A DNA stretch of 64,000 nucleotides from Ginglymostoma cirratum (GCA_024137785.1 JAHRHZ010000289.1:42100578-42164577); one strand, 5' to 3'. Shown: positions 25,790 through 40,000, counted from the stretch's first letter. Numbers and translations are program-made. The notes: a model not told the origin generated them from the letters alone.

Positions 25790-27110
25790 CAGCATTTATC
25801 ATCCTTTCACAAATGTCTTTGAGAAGTTGGTGGTGAGTTCCTTTCTGGAACCACAACAGTCCATGGGGAATAACCACAATCACAATGTTGTTAGGGAGGT
25901 GTTCCGGGATTTTGACCCAGTGATATTAAAGGAACAGTGATATATGTATATATATACCCAAGACAGAATGGTGAGTGGCTTGGAGGGGAATTTGCAGGTG
26001 GTAGTGTTCCCATTCACCTTCTGCCCTTGTCATTCTAGATGGTAGTGGTTACAGAGTTGGAAGGTGCTGTCTAAAGAACATTGATGGATTGTTTGCAGTG
26101 CATTGTGTTGCCAGTATAGACTGCTGCTATTAACCATTGGTGCTGCTGGGGATGAGGTACAATCAAACAGGTTGGTCTGTTATGGATGCTTTCGAGCTTC
26201 TTGATTATTGGCTGCACTCATCAGGTAAGTGGGGATTATTCCATCACACACCTGTCTTATGTCTTCTAGACAAGGCTGGCTTTCAGAAGTCGGAAGATAA
26301 GTTATTCATTGCACGATTCCTAACCTCTGACCTGCTGTTGAAACCACAATGTTTGTATGGCTGTTGTAGTTCAGTTCAATAGTAACCCGCGGGATGTTAA
26401 TAGTGATAATGTTATCAAATATCAAGAGGAGATGGTTGGATTCTCCTTTGTTGGAGATGCTCACAGTCTAGGACTTGTGTGGAATGAATGTCATTTGTCT
26501 CTTAATAATCTAACTCCGAACGTTTTCGAAGTCTTTCAATTGTGAGCACAGATTGCTTCAGGATCTGAGGAGTTGCAACTGGTGCTGAACATTGTGCGAT
26601 CATCAGTGAACATTCCCATTTCTGATCTTATGATGGCGGGAAGGTCATTGATGAAGCAGCTGAAGATGGTTGGGCCTAGGACACTACCTTGAGGAACTCT
26701 TGCAGAGATGTCCTGGAGCTGAGATGACCACAACCACGACCATCCTCCTATGTGTCAGGTATGACTCCAACCAGCAGAGAGTTTGCCCCCTGATTACCAT
26801 TGATTCCAGTTTTGCTGGGGTTCTTTGTTGCCCTACTCAGTTGAATGCAGCCTTGATGTCAAGGGCTGTCACTCTCACCTCACCTCGGGAATTCAGCTTT
26901 TTTGTCCATGTTTGAACCAAGGCTGTAATGAGGTCAGGAGCTGAGTGGCCCTGGCGGAACCCAAACTGTGTATCACTGAGCAGGTTATTGCTGAGCATGT
27001 GCTGCTTGATAGCACTGTTACTGACACCTTCCATCACTTTACTGATGATCGATAGTACACTGATGGGACAGTAATTGGCTGGGTTGGATTTGTCCTGATT
27101 TTTGGGCACC
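25790..27110 (-). mobile_element. LINE (CR1/L2 group) RT 3' region, decayed
   Basis: DKSNPANYCPISVLSIISKVMEG...QFGFRQGHS...ALDIKAAF; VPQGSVLGPTIFSCFINDLP. Its 3' tail recurs at ~10540, 15230, 20910, 36790, 38570, 45950, 60280, 63000. Confidence 0.88.
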
Positions 27111-27239
27111 TCATGGACACCCAGTCTTCAATTTCTACATTTGTTTGAAATCTATCCCATTTAGCATGATGGTAATGCCATGATGGAGAGTATCTTCAAT
27201 GTGCTGGGGTTACAATTATTGACAATACATGGAAATAAC

Positions 27240-28070
27240 TTGAATGAGGAAAGTACTGTAGCCAGGTTTATGAAAAACACAATGATAGGTGGGAAGGCTA
27301 GTGGTGTGGATAATACATAGAGTCTTCAGAGGGATAGAGATAAATCAAGTGAGTGGCAAAACCCGGGCAGATGGAATATAATGTGGGAAAATGTGAGGTT
27401 ATGCACTTTGCCAGGAAGAATTGAGGACTGAATATTATTTAAATGTGGAAGGACTGCAGAAAGCTGCAGCACAAAGGCTCATGCATAAATCACAAACATC
27501 TAGCATCTAAGTTCAGCAAATAGCGTGAAAGGCAAATGGAAGTTTAGCCTTTATTTTGATGAGAATGGAATATAAAAACAGGGAGGTCTTATGAAAAATA
27601 TACACGGCACTAAACAACCCAGAGCTAGAATACCATGAACAGTTTTCAGCCCCTTATCTGAGGAAAGGTAGACCAGTATTGGAGGCACTCTAGAGGAAGG
27701 TTGATTTGGCTGATACCAGGTATGGAAGGACTGTCTTCCGAGGAGGGGTTGACTAGATTGGGTTTGCACTCATTGGAGTATAGAATGAGAGGTGACCTTA
27801 TTGAAACATTCACAATTCTTAGAGAACTTGACAAGGTAGATGTGGAAAAGTTGTTTCCCCTCGTAGGAGAGCCTAGGACCAGAGGGCATAATCTCAGATT
27901 AAGGACACACTCATTTAAGACAAAGAGGAGAAGGCATTTCTTCTCTCAGATGGTAGTGAACCTGTGGAAGTCTTTACCACAGAGGGCTGTCAAGGCTGGG
28001 TCATTAAGAATATTCAAGGCTGAGACAGACAGATTTTTAACCAGTAAGAGAATTAAGGCAGGGAAGTAGT
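27240..28070 (+). mobile_element. CR1-clade LINE 3' fragment
   Basis: LGLHSLEYRMRGDLIETFTILR...TRGHNLRL...VVNLWKSLP. Confidence 0.85.
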
Positions 28071-29128
28071 GTGGAGGATGCTTACATCATACGCAATAGG
28101 CTTATTTCTGTTCCTGTCTAATGGTCTTAACTGAGTGGTTTGCTCAGGCATTTCAGAGCTGGGCGGGTCTGGAGTTACATGTATGTCAGACCCAGTAAGC
28201 AGGGTTAAATCAACTTTTTTTTTCTGCTCCCTCTCAATTAATCACAACAAAGATTTCTATTTAAGCACACAACTATTACACTTCAATTTTCACAAATCAG
28301 TTGTAAATATTTATGTTTTCTTGAGTACAAGGAGGAGGAATCTTATTATTGACTAACCTTAAGAAAAATAATAAAAAGTGACAATAAGCAGACACAAACA
28401 CAGGTGATGTGTAGAATGGAGAAGTACCATGTGCTGACAGGAAATGTAAGGTTAGTCCTTGGAGTTCTTAAGATGTTAGATTTTAAGTTGAGACCGCAGT
28501 CATTTAATCGTTGATTTTTGAGTTGATATCTGTAGAAATCTTTGAGTTCTCGGTAAAGAGTGGTCTCTCCAATTTACTTTTCTGCCGGGCGCAGATTTTG
28601 AGATAGTGATGAGGAAATGGGGACAATGTCACTACTCCTTGAGTCTCCGTCTCTGACTCCTATCATAACTCACTCCACAGATTCCAACCACCCCTCCCCC
28701 TCCAACGTTAATGCAGTCTCTTTTAGAAATCAGGTTCCAGGAACAATTCCGCGCCGCCAACAAATCCCAGAGAAAGACCCAGGCCTCAGCTGCAGGGTTT
28801 TGAAAAGCATGATAAAGGAGGAGCAGGAGGTCAAGAGGTTCAGGATATTATTCCAGAGTTTGTGGCCTGGGCAGCTGAAAGCACAGTGAAAGGATTAAAC
28901 TCAGAGGTGAGCAAAAGGCCAGATTTGGAGGGATCTCAAGGCGTTGCGGGTCTGGAGGAGATTACAGAGAAAGGGACAGGGTGAACCCATGGCAAGTATT
29001 TGCAAAACAAGGATGAGAATTTTAAAATTGAGTGGTCATCATGCAGAGAACCAATAGTGATCAGTGAGCACAGGGGGTGGTAGTGAACAGGAGCCAATAT
29101 GAAACTGAGCCACAGGGATATGGATTAG

Positions 29129-29253
29129 GGATAGTGGGAACTGCAGATGCTGGAGAATCTGAGGTAACAAGGTGCAGAGCTGAATGAACACAGCAGGCCA
29201 AGCAGCATCATAGGAGCAGGAAACTTGACGTTTCGGGCCTAGACCCTTCTTCA
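29129..29253 (-). mobile_element. Penelope-like terminal repeat (family 1) with hammerhead core and 12-bp TSD
   Basis: gatatggattag at 29117-29128 and 29254-29265; CTGAAGA...GAAACGTC on the minus strand. Confidence 0.8.
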
Positions 29254-30469
29254 GATATGGATTAGATCAAGTTTACAGAAAGGGCCAAACAGGAAGCTGA
29301 TGGGGCATTAGCATCTAGGTGTAACCAAGGCACAGATGAGCATTCAGGAACAGATGGACCACATGGCCCATAATGGTAGTTCACCAAACTCCTCCCCCAC
29401 ACCAAGGGCAGTTAGGGATGGGGCAACAAATCCTGGTCTTGCATGTGACACTAACATCCCAGCAAGGAACCAAACTAAAGTTGGTGTAAAGGTGAGAGCA
29501 GTCATGTCACACACAGGAGAGAGACTGTCATATCCTTTTCCTCTGACTTTCCAAATGTTATTGCAACAAATCCAAATATTTTCACTGACTTTTACAGATC
29601 ACATTAATCAGGGTCCATTCTCTTAGCTCCTATGGGTTTCAAAATTATTCGTAAAACCCACCAAATGCTGAATATGGATTTACCACTGTACCATAGGAAG
29701 TGATAGCGCAGGTTGTACATAAGTACACAAGTTATTGCCCAGAGACTCTTCAACAACACTGATATTCCATCCTCTATAAACCTGCGTGATAAGTAAATTC
29801 CCTCACTTCTTAATAACACCCACCAACAGCAGCCCAACTACAAGCAGAAAAACCAATTTATTTAAGCAAATCTTCATTAGAATGTTCAAAATGTAAAACA
29901 GCCTTAAAATGCAAAGCCACACAAACATCATCAGGTACAATGATCAAACTAAAATTGATGATTAATCCAGAAAAAATCTTCCACTTTTAAAGAAAAGTTC
30001 TATAGCATTTTCAACATAAGTTGCAAATCAATAAAACTCCTTGGAATTCCGGTGTTCCATTCTGCAGGGAACTCAGATTCCTTAAACCTCTCTGGCCTGT
30101 TAGAGCTGTCGTGCCTGATGTTTTGAGATCTGAGCCTCCCTGCTAGCAACTATCCCATCACAAGCAGGAAAATGGGACAGAAGAATATGTTGATAGGGTG
30201 AGGTGAGGTCGAGCAGGAGAGCACTCAAGTGGAGCATAAACACCAGCATGGACTAGATGGGTCGAATGTCCTGTAAATCACATGTACATACTCACAGATG
30301 TGAGGTTCTTTCAAGTTTAGCCTAATGCATGAATCGGAGATAAACCAGCCACAGTGAGAGAACATTCATAGTCACATAGTCAAAGACACATTGCAGTTTC
30401 TGCATGAATAATTTTCAATCTCTGCGCAAAGAATTGCACTTTCAACTTCCATTCGCTATTAGAGAACTT

Positions 30470-31115
30470 CAACTAGGTCATGTTTGGAGTATTGTGTGCA
30501 GTTCCAGTCCCCACACTATAGGAAGGGGTGTGGAGGCTTTCCATAGGGTGCAGAAGAGGTCTACCAGGATACTGCCTGTATTGGATTGTATTACCCACAA
30601 GGAGAGGTTGGAAAAACTTGTATTGTTTTTGCTAGATCATCGGAGGCTGAGCGACTACCTGACAGAAAAATATAAAATTATGAGGGACATGGATAGGGTG
30701 GATATTCAGAGTCTTTTCCCCAGGGTGGAAATGTCAAATACCAGGGGACATAGATTTAAGGAAAGAGGGGGGATATTTAAAGATGTGAGAGGCACTTTTT
30801 TTTGACACAGAGGCTGGTAGGTACCTGGAACATGCTGCCAGGGGACGTGCTGGACACATATTATAGCAACATTCAAGAGGCATTTAGACAGACAATGACA
30901 AGCAGAGAATAGAGGAATATGGACCATGTGCAGGCAGATGGAATTAGTTTACAATGCCATTGTGGTCAGCACAGACATGGTAGGTCGAAGAGCCTGTCCT
31001 ATGTTCTATTATAAACATAGTATTTGGCAAGTTCTTCTTCAGTTTGGGATTATGTTCAGCATGGACTGGTTGGGCTGAAGGGTCTGTTTCTGTGCTGTAT
31101 GATTCTATGACTCTG
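30470..31115 (+). mobile_element. CR1-clade LINE 3' fragment
   Basis: RVQKRSTRILP...KYKIMRDMDRVD...SNTRGHRFK. Confidence 0.85.
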
Positions 31116-31589
31116 AACAGCACCCTCTGTACCTATTATTATTGAAAGATGCACGCACCTTAAGATGTCCCCAGTACAAGAGACATCATCAAGCCACTAT
31201 CAGTCCCTGTCTGTAGCACACACGCTTCTGTGCCCCCGTTCTCCCAGCCTTAGTCCTGTCCCACGTTTTTGGGTTTTGCCTCTCCATTTGGCTTCACATT
31301 GGAAACAATTTCTGTAGGTGTATTTTCACATGAACGCTCCTTCCAGAGTTTATGACAAAAGGGAATTGGATTCAGGGATGTGAAAAAGAAGGTGGCAGTA
31401 ATATTGACAGGGAAAAAGAGGTAATTTTCAAATAGGCATATTACACAGACATAATGGATCTCACTGTCATTCCCAACTTGATTGGCCCCTACATCTTCTC
31501 CCTTCGTGCTATGGGGTTTGATGAGTGTGCTGTTAGAAATTACACATTTTCTCCTTTGTTGTGACAAACATGGCACATCTATTTTGTAA

Positions 31590-31810
31590 GATAACAAGGT
31601 GTAGAGCTGGATGAACACAGCAGGCCAAGCAGCATCAGAGGAGCAGGAAGGCTGACGTTTCAGGCCTAGATAGGCCCTAGATAGGCCTAGATAGGCCCGA
31701 AACATCAGCCTTCCTGCTCCTCTGATGCTGCTTGGCCTGCTGTGTTCATCCAGCTCTACACCTTGTTATCTCAAGTTCTCCAGCATCTGCAGTTCCTACT
31801 ATCTCTGAAA
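31590..31810. mobile_element. Fold-back Penelope-derived insertion (family 1) with 16-bp TSD
   Basis: Inverted arms; cacatcta(t/c)tttgtaa at 31574-31589 and 31811-31826; centre is a short ggcctagata repeat. Confidence 0.82.
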
Positions 31811-32544
31811 CACATCTACTTTGTAACTGTCTTCGTGAGTGATTAAGGACTTGCATGCAATAGACATGAGGAGACAGTGGTCCTTTGTACCACGTGTCTC
31901 ATCAGTGTTTGAGTTTCACTGTGATGTGCCGTGGTATGTTGGAGAAAAGAAAGGTCAAGCAGATTTTGTCAAGTCTTTATTCTCATGGCCTTTCAGATTT
32001 CACTTTTTCTTTCTAGAATAGTTACGTTGATCCTGTGTACATGAATGTGCGGGAAACAAAAAAAAAGATAAAAGCACTGAAAAACTGAGTTGTGAATGGT
32101 AGTTTGTCATATTCCTGGAGGCTTCATCGCATGACCTACTATCCCCATCTCCTCATCCGGAAATTTCTGCCAATGGTCACCCAGCCTGCACACCCATCTC
32201 AAATAATCAGGCCCATAGCTTCAAGATCGGGCTGAGGCTCCAGTGTCAGCCAAACCGGCTTTTTACCCTCACTTCCACCAATAAAGGCTCGAAAGAAGCA
32301 ACACACAGAATTATTTTGAAATGGGCCAATGATGATTCTTCACTAACATTGTCCCGCCAATTAATCGGTCATTTTTGAAGGCTCCCGGAAATTTGGCAAC
32401 CCTACCATTAAATCATTTCCATTCACTACTCACACTCATAGGCCTTGATAAAGGATTAAGGTCTTGTTGCTAGACTCCATGAACCAGGCAAAGACTTAAC
32501 TTTTCATTTGAAGCCAGACCTAGTCACCTCTATTGTCCAAAATA

Positions 32545-32575
32545 GAACACAAGAACAGAATTCCCTCCCTTTATT
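32545..32575 (-). terminator. Candidate CD74 polyadenylation signal
   Basis: AATAAA at 32575-32570 on the minus strand, followed by the GT/T-rich tract ttctgttcttgtgttc. Confidence 0.5.
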
Positions 32576-33078
32576 GCAAAATAATTATCCCCATCTACAG
32601 TTAAGCGATCACCATTGAGTTACAAATAATAATTAAAAAACAGGAAGCAATAACAGTTTTCACAAGTTGCTTACAGACAATACCAGCTTTAAAAAAAAAA
32701 GTGATTGTGCATAATGACCTTCTGCTGATGGTCCCTCATCAGGATTATATCCGTTTTGTTATCTTTTATCAAGCCTTTGAGGGAGAAGGATTATGATGGT
32801 TAATTTAGATGAGAAAATAAGGGAGAAGAGCCTAGTGAAGTATGAACACCAGCATGGATTGGCTGAGCTTAATGGTCTATTTCTGTTCTACATATTCTAC
32901 GTAATCAAAAACAAAACAGGTACACAGTTATGATATGGGTGCTTCAATTAGATCTGGTGAAGGATGGCGTGGGAATATAAAGTGATATCTCGCCAACTGG
33001 GTCAAACCTTGAACCCCAAAAGAACGGGCTGGTGGACAAAAATCACTTCACTTCAAAAAGCAGAACTGCCAAGGAACA

Positions 33079-33195
33079 TGTTTCTGCCCACTTACAAACC
33101 CAAATGTGGGGGCTGCTGGAAGGCCAACATTTACTGTTTCTGCCCACTTACAAACCCAAATGTGGGGGGGGCGCTGGCAAGGCCAACATTTACTG
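33079..33195. repeat. Two-copy ~56-bp tandem duplication in the putative CD74 3' UTR
   Basis: tgtttctgcccacttacaaacccaaatgtggggg...ggccaacatttac at 33079 and 33135. Confidence 0.85.
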
Positions 33196-34030
33196 AGAAT
33201 CCCAGTTGCCGCTTGAGGAAGTGGTGTCGGCCGTGATGATAATCTTCTTCTGCTGTCTATGTGGTGATAGTCCCACCACTGCAGTTAGTCTAGGGTAGTA
33301 AACCAGAGTAAATGAATGAATTGGGGTCTTAATTTCAAATTGAGGTGGACAAGCTAGTAGGGTTGGAACTCATCAACAGAACACCTCCTAATGAAGAGAG
33401 CCAACTTCAAACCATCATCCTCCTTTGGTTCTCTTCCAGGTTGTGTGTGTTACCAAAAGACTATTACTAATCTCAGGGTTCCACTGCAAGGTTATTGCTT
33501 TTCCTTTGTAGACATCTAGAATTCTCTGGGATTCACACAATTAAATCGGTCCTGTGTGGCATTTTCAAATCCAGGTCTCTTGAATTTCTGAAGTAATTCA
33601 TTGACAAGCTTAGGAGATACTGAAATCTGTGAAATGTCATTCTAGTTCTCCAGCCATAACTTGGCAGGAGAACAGAACAAACTTCTGGGGAGGGGGTTAT
33701 GATACTGGGCACAATCATGTGTTGTAACCACACTCTGCAAGGAAATAGGACCAAAATATTCCTATGGAATGCCTACTGGAAATAGTACTCTTTTTAGGGA
33801 AGCAAAGTGAGTGATGTCAAAGATTTGGGCAATTTGTTTCTCTGTTTAAAAAAAAAATCAATGAGGACAAGTCTTGAACAAAAATGGGAAGTACATCAGC
33901 CAGATAAGGAGGTCAGCTCTCAACAGTTAGCAATCACACCCAAGGTTAATAAAAAATCAGAAGTTGCAATTAATGTATAATTTCTGGAGTGAAGCCAGTC
34001 AGATTTTGCTTGCTTGTCCACGGCGAGCTC

Positions 34031-34038
34031 TTAATTCG
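34031..34038 (-). CDS. CD74: Probable CD74 terminal coding exon (x-N-stop) followed by ~1.5 kb 3' UTR
   Basis: Strong acceptor taaactttctccttcatttcag; phase 1 gives CG AAT TAA, like the very short last coding exon of mammalian CD74. An intervening small exon cannot be excluded. Confidence 0.55.
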
Positions 34039-37000
34039 CTGAAATGAAGGAGAAAGTTTACGTGAGTTCACAAAATTCCACGCAACATTTTGCAATTTCA
34101 ACAATTTTCTTCATGTTGCTTTCAAATGGATTTTGTACCCGCATTTGTGAGATGTTTCTAAAGATTTAAAGTAAAGAAAGGCTTGTACTTCACATCATTT
34201 GTGCCTTTCATGGCCTTATGATATCCCAAAGCACGTTACACCCAATGAAAAGTGCAATTTTTATTACAATATAGGAAATGTGGCTGGCAAAACATGCATT
34301 AACAACAAAGGGATAAATTGATGGGTTGATTCAAGATAAATATTGGCTATGACAGCAATGGTAAGAATCCATTTACATCTTGTGTTCAAGTCTCAAGAGT
34401 GAGATTTGAACACAATCAAGGTCCAGGCAGTGACTCAATGAAGAAAAGCTGACGTAAAACTGTCCCCTTTAATATTTAGTTTGAAACATATTCTAACTTC
34501 CATTGAACACAAAACTTTCACGAGGACATTTTTCCCTGGTTGTGTGCACTGCTGACTCAATCATGATTTGTTACTTATCCGTTAATGTGCCTTCACACTG
34601 AGCCGTTTCAGAGAACACTGCTTAAGATCTAGAGTCACATGCAGGCCAAAACAAGTAAGGATTAGCGAACCAGGTGGCTCTTTATGGTAATACACAACAG
34701 TTTCACAGTCACTTTTACTGAGACTCGCTTTTAATTCCACAGTCTTTGAATTTAAGCAACTCTCACAGTGAGATTTGAACTCTGACCCCCGAGCTTTGCA
34801 GCAACCAGCTCACTACCACCACTCTACTCAAGTATCTAGACCATACTTGCAAACAGAACCACCAGTCATAAGCAGGACAGTTCCCTTTCCCTACCCGCTC
34901 ACACCTCTCCATCCCAGTCACACGTAAGGGCAGGTGGAATTGACTGGAATAAGGGTGTTAAATTAGGCCACTGTCGAAACAGGAACCAATGTAGGTTGGA
35001 GGGGATATTGAGAGGGGGACCTCGGAGCAAGTTGAGATGTGGGCAGCAGGGTTTTGGACAAGGGGATAAGGTCAGAAGGTTTATGAGGAGCCTATACACA
35101 ATGAAACTGCTTGGTGTGGTGTGTCTATGTGGAAAAGTTCTGTTCAAATTCTAATTTCATGAACTTGATTTTTTATTAAAAAAAAAAATCGCTTACTTAC
35201 TTACTGCCAAGCCAGACACGTTCAGATCATATTAGTTTATAAAGCCTAACGATCAAAATGAACCTCAATTAAAGACAGGCAGAGGAAATTGTTTAAAAAA
35301 AGTGACAATTAATTAAACCTTCAATAAAATCCAGCCTGTTGTAGGTAATTCTTTATATACTTTATGCAGATTAATCTTTGATAGTGAAGGAGGGTTGGAT
35401 GTTTTTGAGTTGAGTCCCTTTGGAATTCCAGGAACATTGACATAGAGGTTTCCCTCATGAAAGTAGACGAATGGGCAAAATCCTCGAAAGGGCACAGAGT
35501 ACACAGCAAATTACACTGAAGGGTAGATTCTGATAGGGGTGCATGTATGTAGGAGGACGTTAAATGGTTAGGCAAGGTACATTACACTATATTACATATA
35601 GCGTATGGCCTTTGTGTAGTTGCAATAGTTTGGCTGGTTTTCTGTCAGCCCCTGCTTTATTAATTTGCTCTTTGAAGAGCCAGTGAAGGCACGATGGGCC
35701 AAAGGGCCTCCTTGCACATTATAACACTCTTGCAATTCTTTGAGTTCATAGGGTATTGCTTGTACACGCGCACAGGCCTCTCTAATCTGGAGGGACAGAA
35801 TATTAATATAATTCAGTGACCTGAATACGAATATCAAAGGAATTGACAATCCAATTCTATTCAAGATCCTAATCATCTTAAAAAGTCTTCTTCAAGGTGT
35901 GCTGCATTGGTTATCATTGCTGCAGTGGCATTTATGACTGTAATGAACAATTACTGATCTCAATACCCTAGAGCTCTCACTCCTGCTACCTGCAGATTCC
36001 AATACTTGGGTCTTCTGCAATCCTGCCCTTGGACTTCCCTGAACTTGTGTTTCCCCTGACGCCTGATAATGATTGAAATGTTTAAAAATGATTCAAAAGA
36101 ATGAGGGGGTGGGGAGGTCTTACAGAAACATTTAAAATTATGAAGGGAATAGATAAGATAGGAGCAGGAAGATTGTTTCCACTGGTGGGTGAAACTAGAA
36201 CGAGAGGGCATAGCCTCACGATAAAGGGGAAAGCAGATTTAGGAGGAACTTCTTCACCCAAAAGGTTGTGAATGTGTGGAATTCCCTGCCAGTGAGGCTC
36301 TCTTGTTCAATGTTTTTAAGCCAAAGATAGATAGATTTTTGTACAGTAAAGGAATTAAGGGTCACAGTGAGCAGACGGGTATATGAAACTGAGTCCATGG
36401 AAAAGCCAACCATAATCTTATTGAATGGTGGAGCAGGCTCAATTGGCCAGATAGCCTACTCCTGCTCCTATTCCTTACGTTCATATGTTAAGCCAAAGAA
36501 AGATAAAGTCTTAAAGCTGATGTTGGCGGGGTGTGGGTGGTGGAGTGGGGAACATTAAGATGTGGGAACCTAGCCTGTAAATTGGACAAAGACACATTTC
36601 ATAGTGAAATCAGGCAAAAGGTCTTCACAAAAAGGTTATGGAAATTGGGAACACCCTGAGAAAGTTTTGGATGACGGTGATCCATTGGATCATTGAGGCC
36701 GAAACTAGATTGCTTTTATGAACAGGTGATCAAGAAATCTAGGCAGGCTACAAATGGGCTTCTTCCTCTACTTATTTCAATCATTAATGTGAGTATTGCT
36801 GCCTGGACCAGCAGTTTTTGCCCGTCCCTAATTGTGAGGGTGAGAGAGGGGGAGGGAGAGAACACGCTTCCTTACGCTACTGCAGTCTCTGGCAGGTAGG
36901 TAAACCCACAATGCTGTAAGGGAGGGAAGTTCAGGATTTTGAGCCAGCAGTGGAGGAATAGTGATATATTTCCACATGAGGATGGCGTGTGGCTTGGAGA

Positions 37001-40000
37001 GGAACTTGCTGATGGTGGTGTTCCCGTGTGCCTGTTGTCCTTATCCTTCCAACCAGATGATCCTGTCAGCTTGGGAGATTATCGAAAATATATTGGCAAG
37101 TTGCTGAAGTACATCTTGTAGATGGTACACACTGCTGCGACTGTGCATCGGTGGTGCAGAGACCGAACGTTAGTGCATGTCATATCAATGAAGTGTCTTG
37201 CAGCAGCCTAGGTGCTGCCAAGCTTCTTTAGTGTTGTTAGAGCTGCACCCATCCAGGCAAGTGGGGAAGTAATATTCCATCCCACTCCTGACTTGTGCCT
37301 TGTAGATGGTAACAGACTCTGGGGAGTCAGGAAGTGAGTTGTTCAGCACAGAACTCCCAGGTTCTGATTTGTTTTTGTAGCCATTGTACTTTCATGAATG
37401 CTCCTGTTAAGTTTGAGGCTATTAGTGACAACTATGATGTTGTCAGTGGGGATTCATCGATGATATTGCTACTGAATGTGGAGGACTGAAGCCTAGCTTC
37501 TCTTATCTTCAATGTTCTTGTATAGTCTGAGTTTTTCTTACCCCTTAGCAGCACAAGCCTGGATGTTGCCCAGGTCTTGATGCGCATGGGCAAAAGGGTC
37601 CGCCAGTGTCTGAGAATCCATGTCCCATGACACGGAGGACTTTTAAATCACATTCAACTCTCACGTAGAAGAAGAAAACTGAAACATACGTTTGCAGCTT
37701 AAATGCCCACGCGTGGATGTTCCTGAGATCTTTGTTCCATTCGGATAAGAGCACCAGCAGAATCCTGTGCTCGGCCAACATTGCTTTGCCTCATAATTTC
37801 CCATCTCATCACAAGTGGGGCGGTAAGCTCCAGGAACAGGCTTCACTCGGCGACGTCTCTCACACTCGGTGTCCATGCTGCGCACTGAACGAGGGAAGAT
37901 AGTGGTTGACATCACAAATGATGCTTTTCTTCCCCCACATTCCACTGCCAGTAGCCCACTTTCAGGGTTTTAAAATCCTCACCTCTCGTGTTTAACCCCA
38001 TCATGGTCTGTCTGCTCCCCCGGTCTGTATAGCCTCCAAACGCGCCAAGACTGCTACACCCTGCTCAGTCTGACCTCTTCACCAATACAGTCAGCTATTC
38101 CTTCAATTGCCTTAGGTCCTGAACTCTGGAATTCCTCTTCCAAATCTCTCCAGCTCTTACCCCAACTTTGTCCTTAAAAGCTACTTCTTGGACCATGTTT
38201 CTTCTGTTATCTCCTTGTGTGTCTTGGTGTCAATCAGTCCAGCGAAGTACATTACGATGTTAGAGGCACTAAGTAAATGCATTTTATTGTTGCCACTTTT
38301 ATTCCCCTTGTTCAACTTGATGTTGCCAAGTTTCTGTCCAAGGCCTGTGTAATTGGATGGTGTTATTGGAGATGTGATTTGCAACCCTGCTAACTCAAGC
38401 GTGTTCTCCAGTAAAAGAAGGGATTTGGAGGAGGAGTGAGAGGTTGGTAAATGGCACATTGAGAAACAAGATCACCCATTCAGCTTGAGACCTCCCTGTT
38501 GAAAAGGTGATCAAGAAATCTGGACAGGCTCCAAATGGGCTTCTTCCTCTACTTATTTTATTCATTAATATGAGCATTGCTGCCTGGGCCAGCAGTTATT
38601 GCCTGTCCCTGAGGGAGGGAGAGAACACGCTTCCTTACGCTACTGCAGTCTCTGGCAGGTAGGTAAACCCACAATGCTGTTAGGGAGGGAAGTTCAGGAT
38701 TTTGAACCGGCAGTGGAGGAATAGTGATATATTTCCATATTAGGATGGCGTGTGGCTTGGAGAGGAACTTGCTGATGGTGGTGTTCCCGTGTGCCTGTTG
38801 TCCTTATCCTTCCAACCAGATGATCTTGTCAGCTTGGGAGATTATCGAAAATATATTGGCAAGTTGCTGAAGTACATCTTGTAGATGGTACACACTGCTG
38901 TGACTGTGCATCGGTGGTGCAGAGACCGAACGTTAGTGCATGTCATATCAATGAAGTGTCTTGCAGCAGCCTAGGTGCTGCCGAGCTTCTTTAGTGTTGT
39001 TGGAGCTGCACCCATCCAGGCAAGTGGGGAAGTAATATTCCATCCCACTCCTGACTTGTACCTTGTAGATGGTAACAGACTCTGGGGAGTCAGGAAGTGA
39101 GTTGTTCAGCACAGAACTCCCAGGTTCTGATTTGTTCTTGTAGCCATTGTACTTTCATGAATGATCCTGTTAAATGCCCATGCTGCTGTTGGACTGGGGT
39201 GGACGTGGTCAGAAACCACACAACACCAGGTAATAGTCCAACAGGTTTATTTGAAATCACAAGCTTTCGGAGCCTCGCCCATTCATCACCTGACAAGGGA
39301 GCAGTGCTAAGAAAGCTTGTGTTTTCAAATAAACCTGTTGGACTATTACCTGGTGTTGTGTGGTTTCTGACCTTGTCTCTGTTGAGAAGGTGTACGAGTG
39401 AAAAGCTATACCTTAATCATTCAAAAGAACCTGAAAGGACTCAATCCTTTGGAATTGTCGCCCTGTACAGGATGAGCAGATCAGTCCTGGATTTGACAAC
39501 AGGGAAAGGCAGTGAGTGTAGCGTCTGGGGTGAACTCACTTTGGTTCTGAGATCAGCTTGCAGCCAGCTCTTTAAATCCACAGTTTGCAAATCCATGGAA
39601 GTCCAGTGTTGAATAATGCAAATGCAAGCTGAATTCACACCTTACAAGATTACTTGAGAATACTGATATGGAATTAGTCTTCCCAAGTGATCAGTCTGGG
39701 TGCACATTAACTGTGGGAGAAGACTAAAAGGTTGGCAAGGGTCTATGATAATGGGAGACAGTTCACAGGCTGAGAGAGGCAGTTCGTGGTTAATTGCTTC
39801 GCTAATGTTTGTAGGACTGCATAACAGACCATTGTGTTGGATTTATGACTGGACCCATTATCCAGAGGTTTGTAAAACTAATGTAAGCAACTCTACTTCC
39901 AGTCCCACCATAGCAGCCTGTATGTTGGGAGTGCAATTCAAAAATATGACACTGAAGTGGAAACAACGCTAATCAGTGAAAGTGACCAAGAAGTTGTGTT

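Noticed and set aside
31250-31705. 151-aa minus-strand ORF just downstream of CD74
   Set aside because: Starts inside a fold-back repeat; no recognisable domain or convincing splice sites.
35190-35260. Donor-like GCA|GTAAGT as the end of a post-thyroglobulin CD74 exon
   Set aside because: All frames from the nearest acceptors contain stop codons.
39540-39630. Possible extra CD74 exon ending at the strong donor AAA|GTGAGT
   Set aside because: No pyrimidine tract, and phase 1-0 would break the frame into the thyroglobulin exon.
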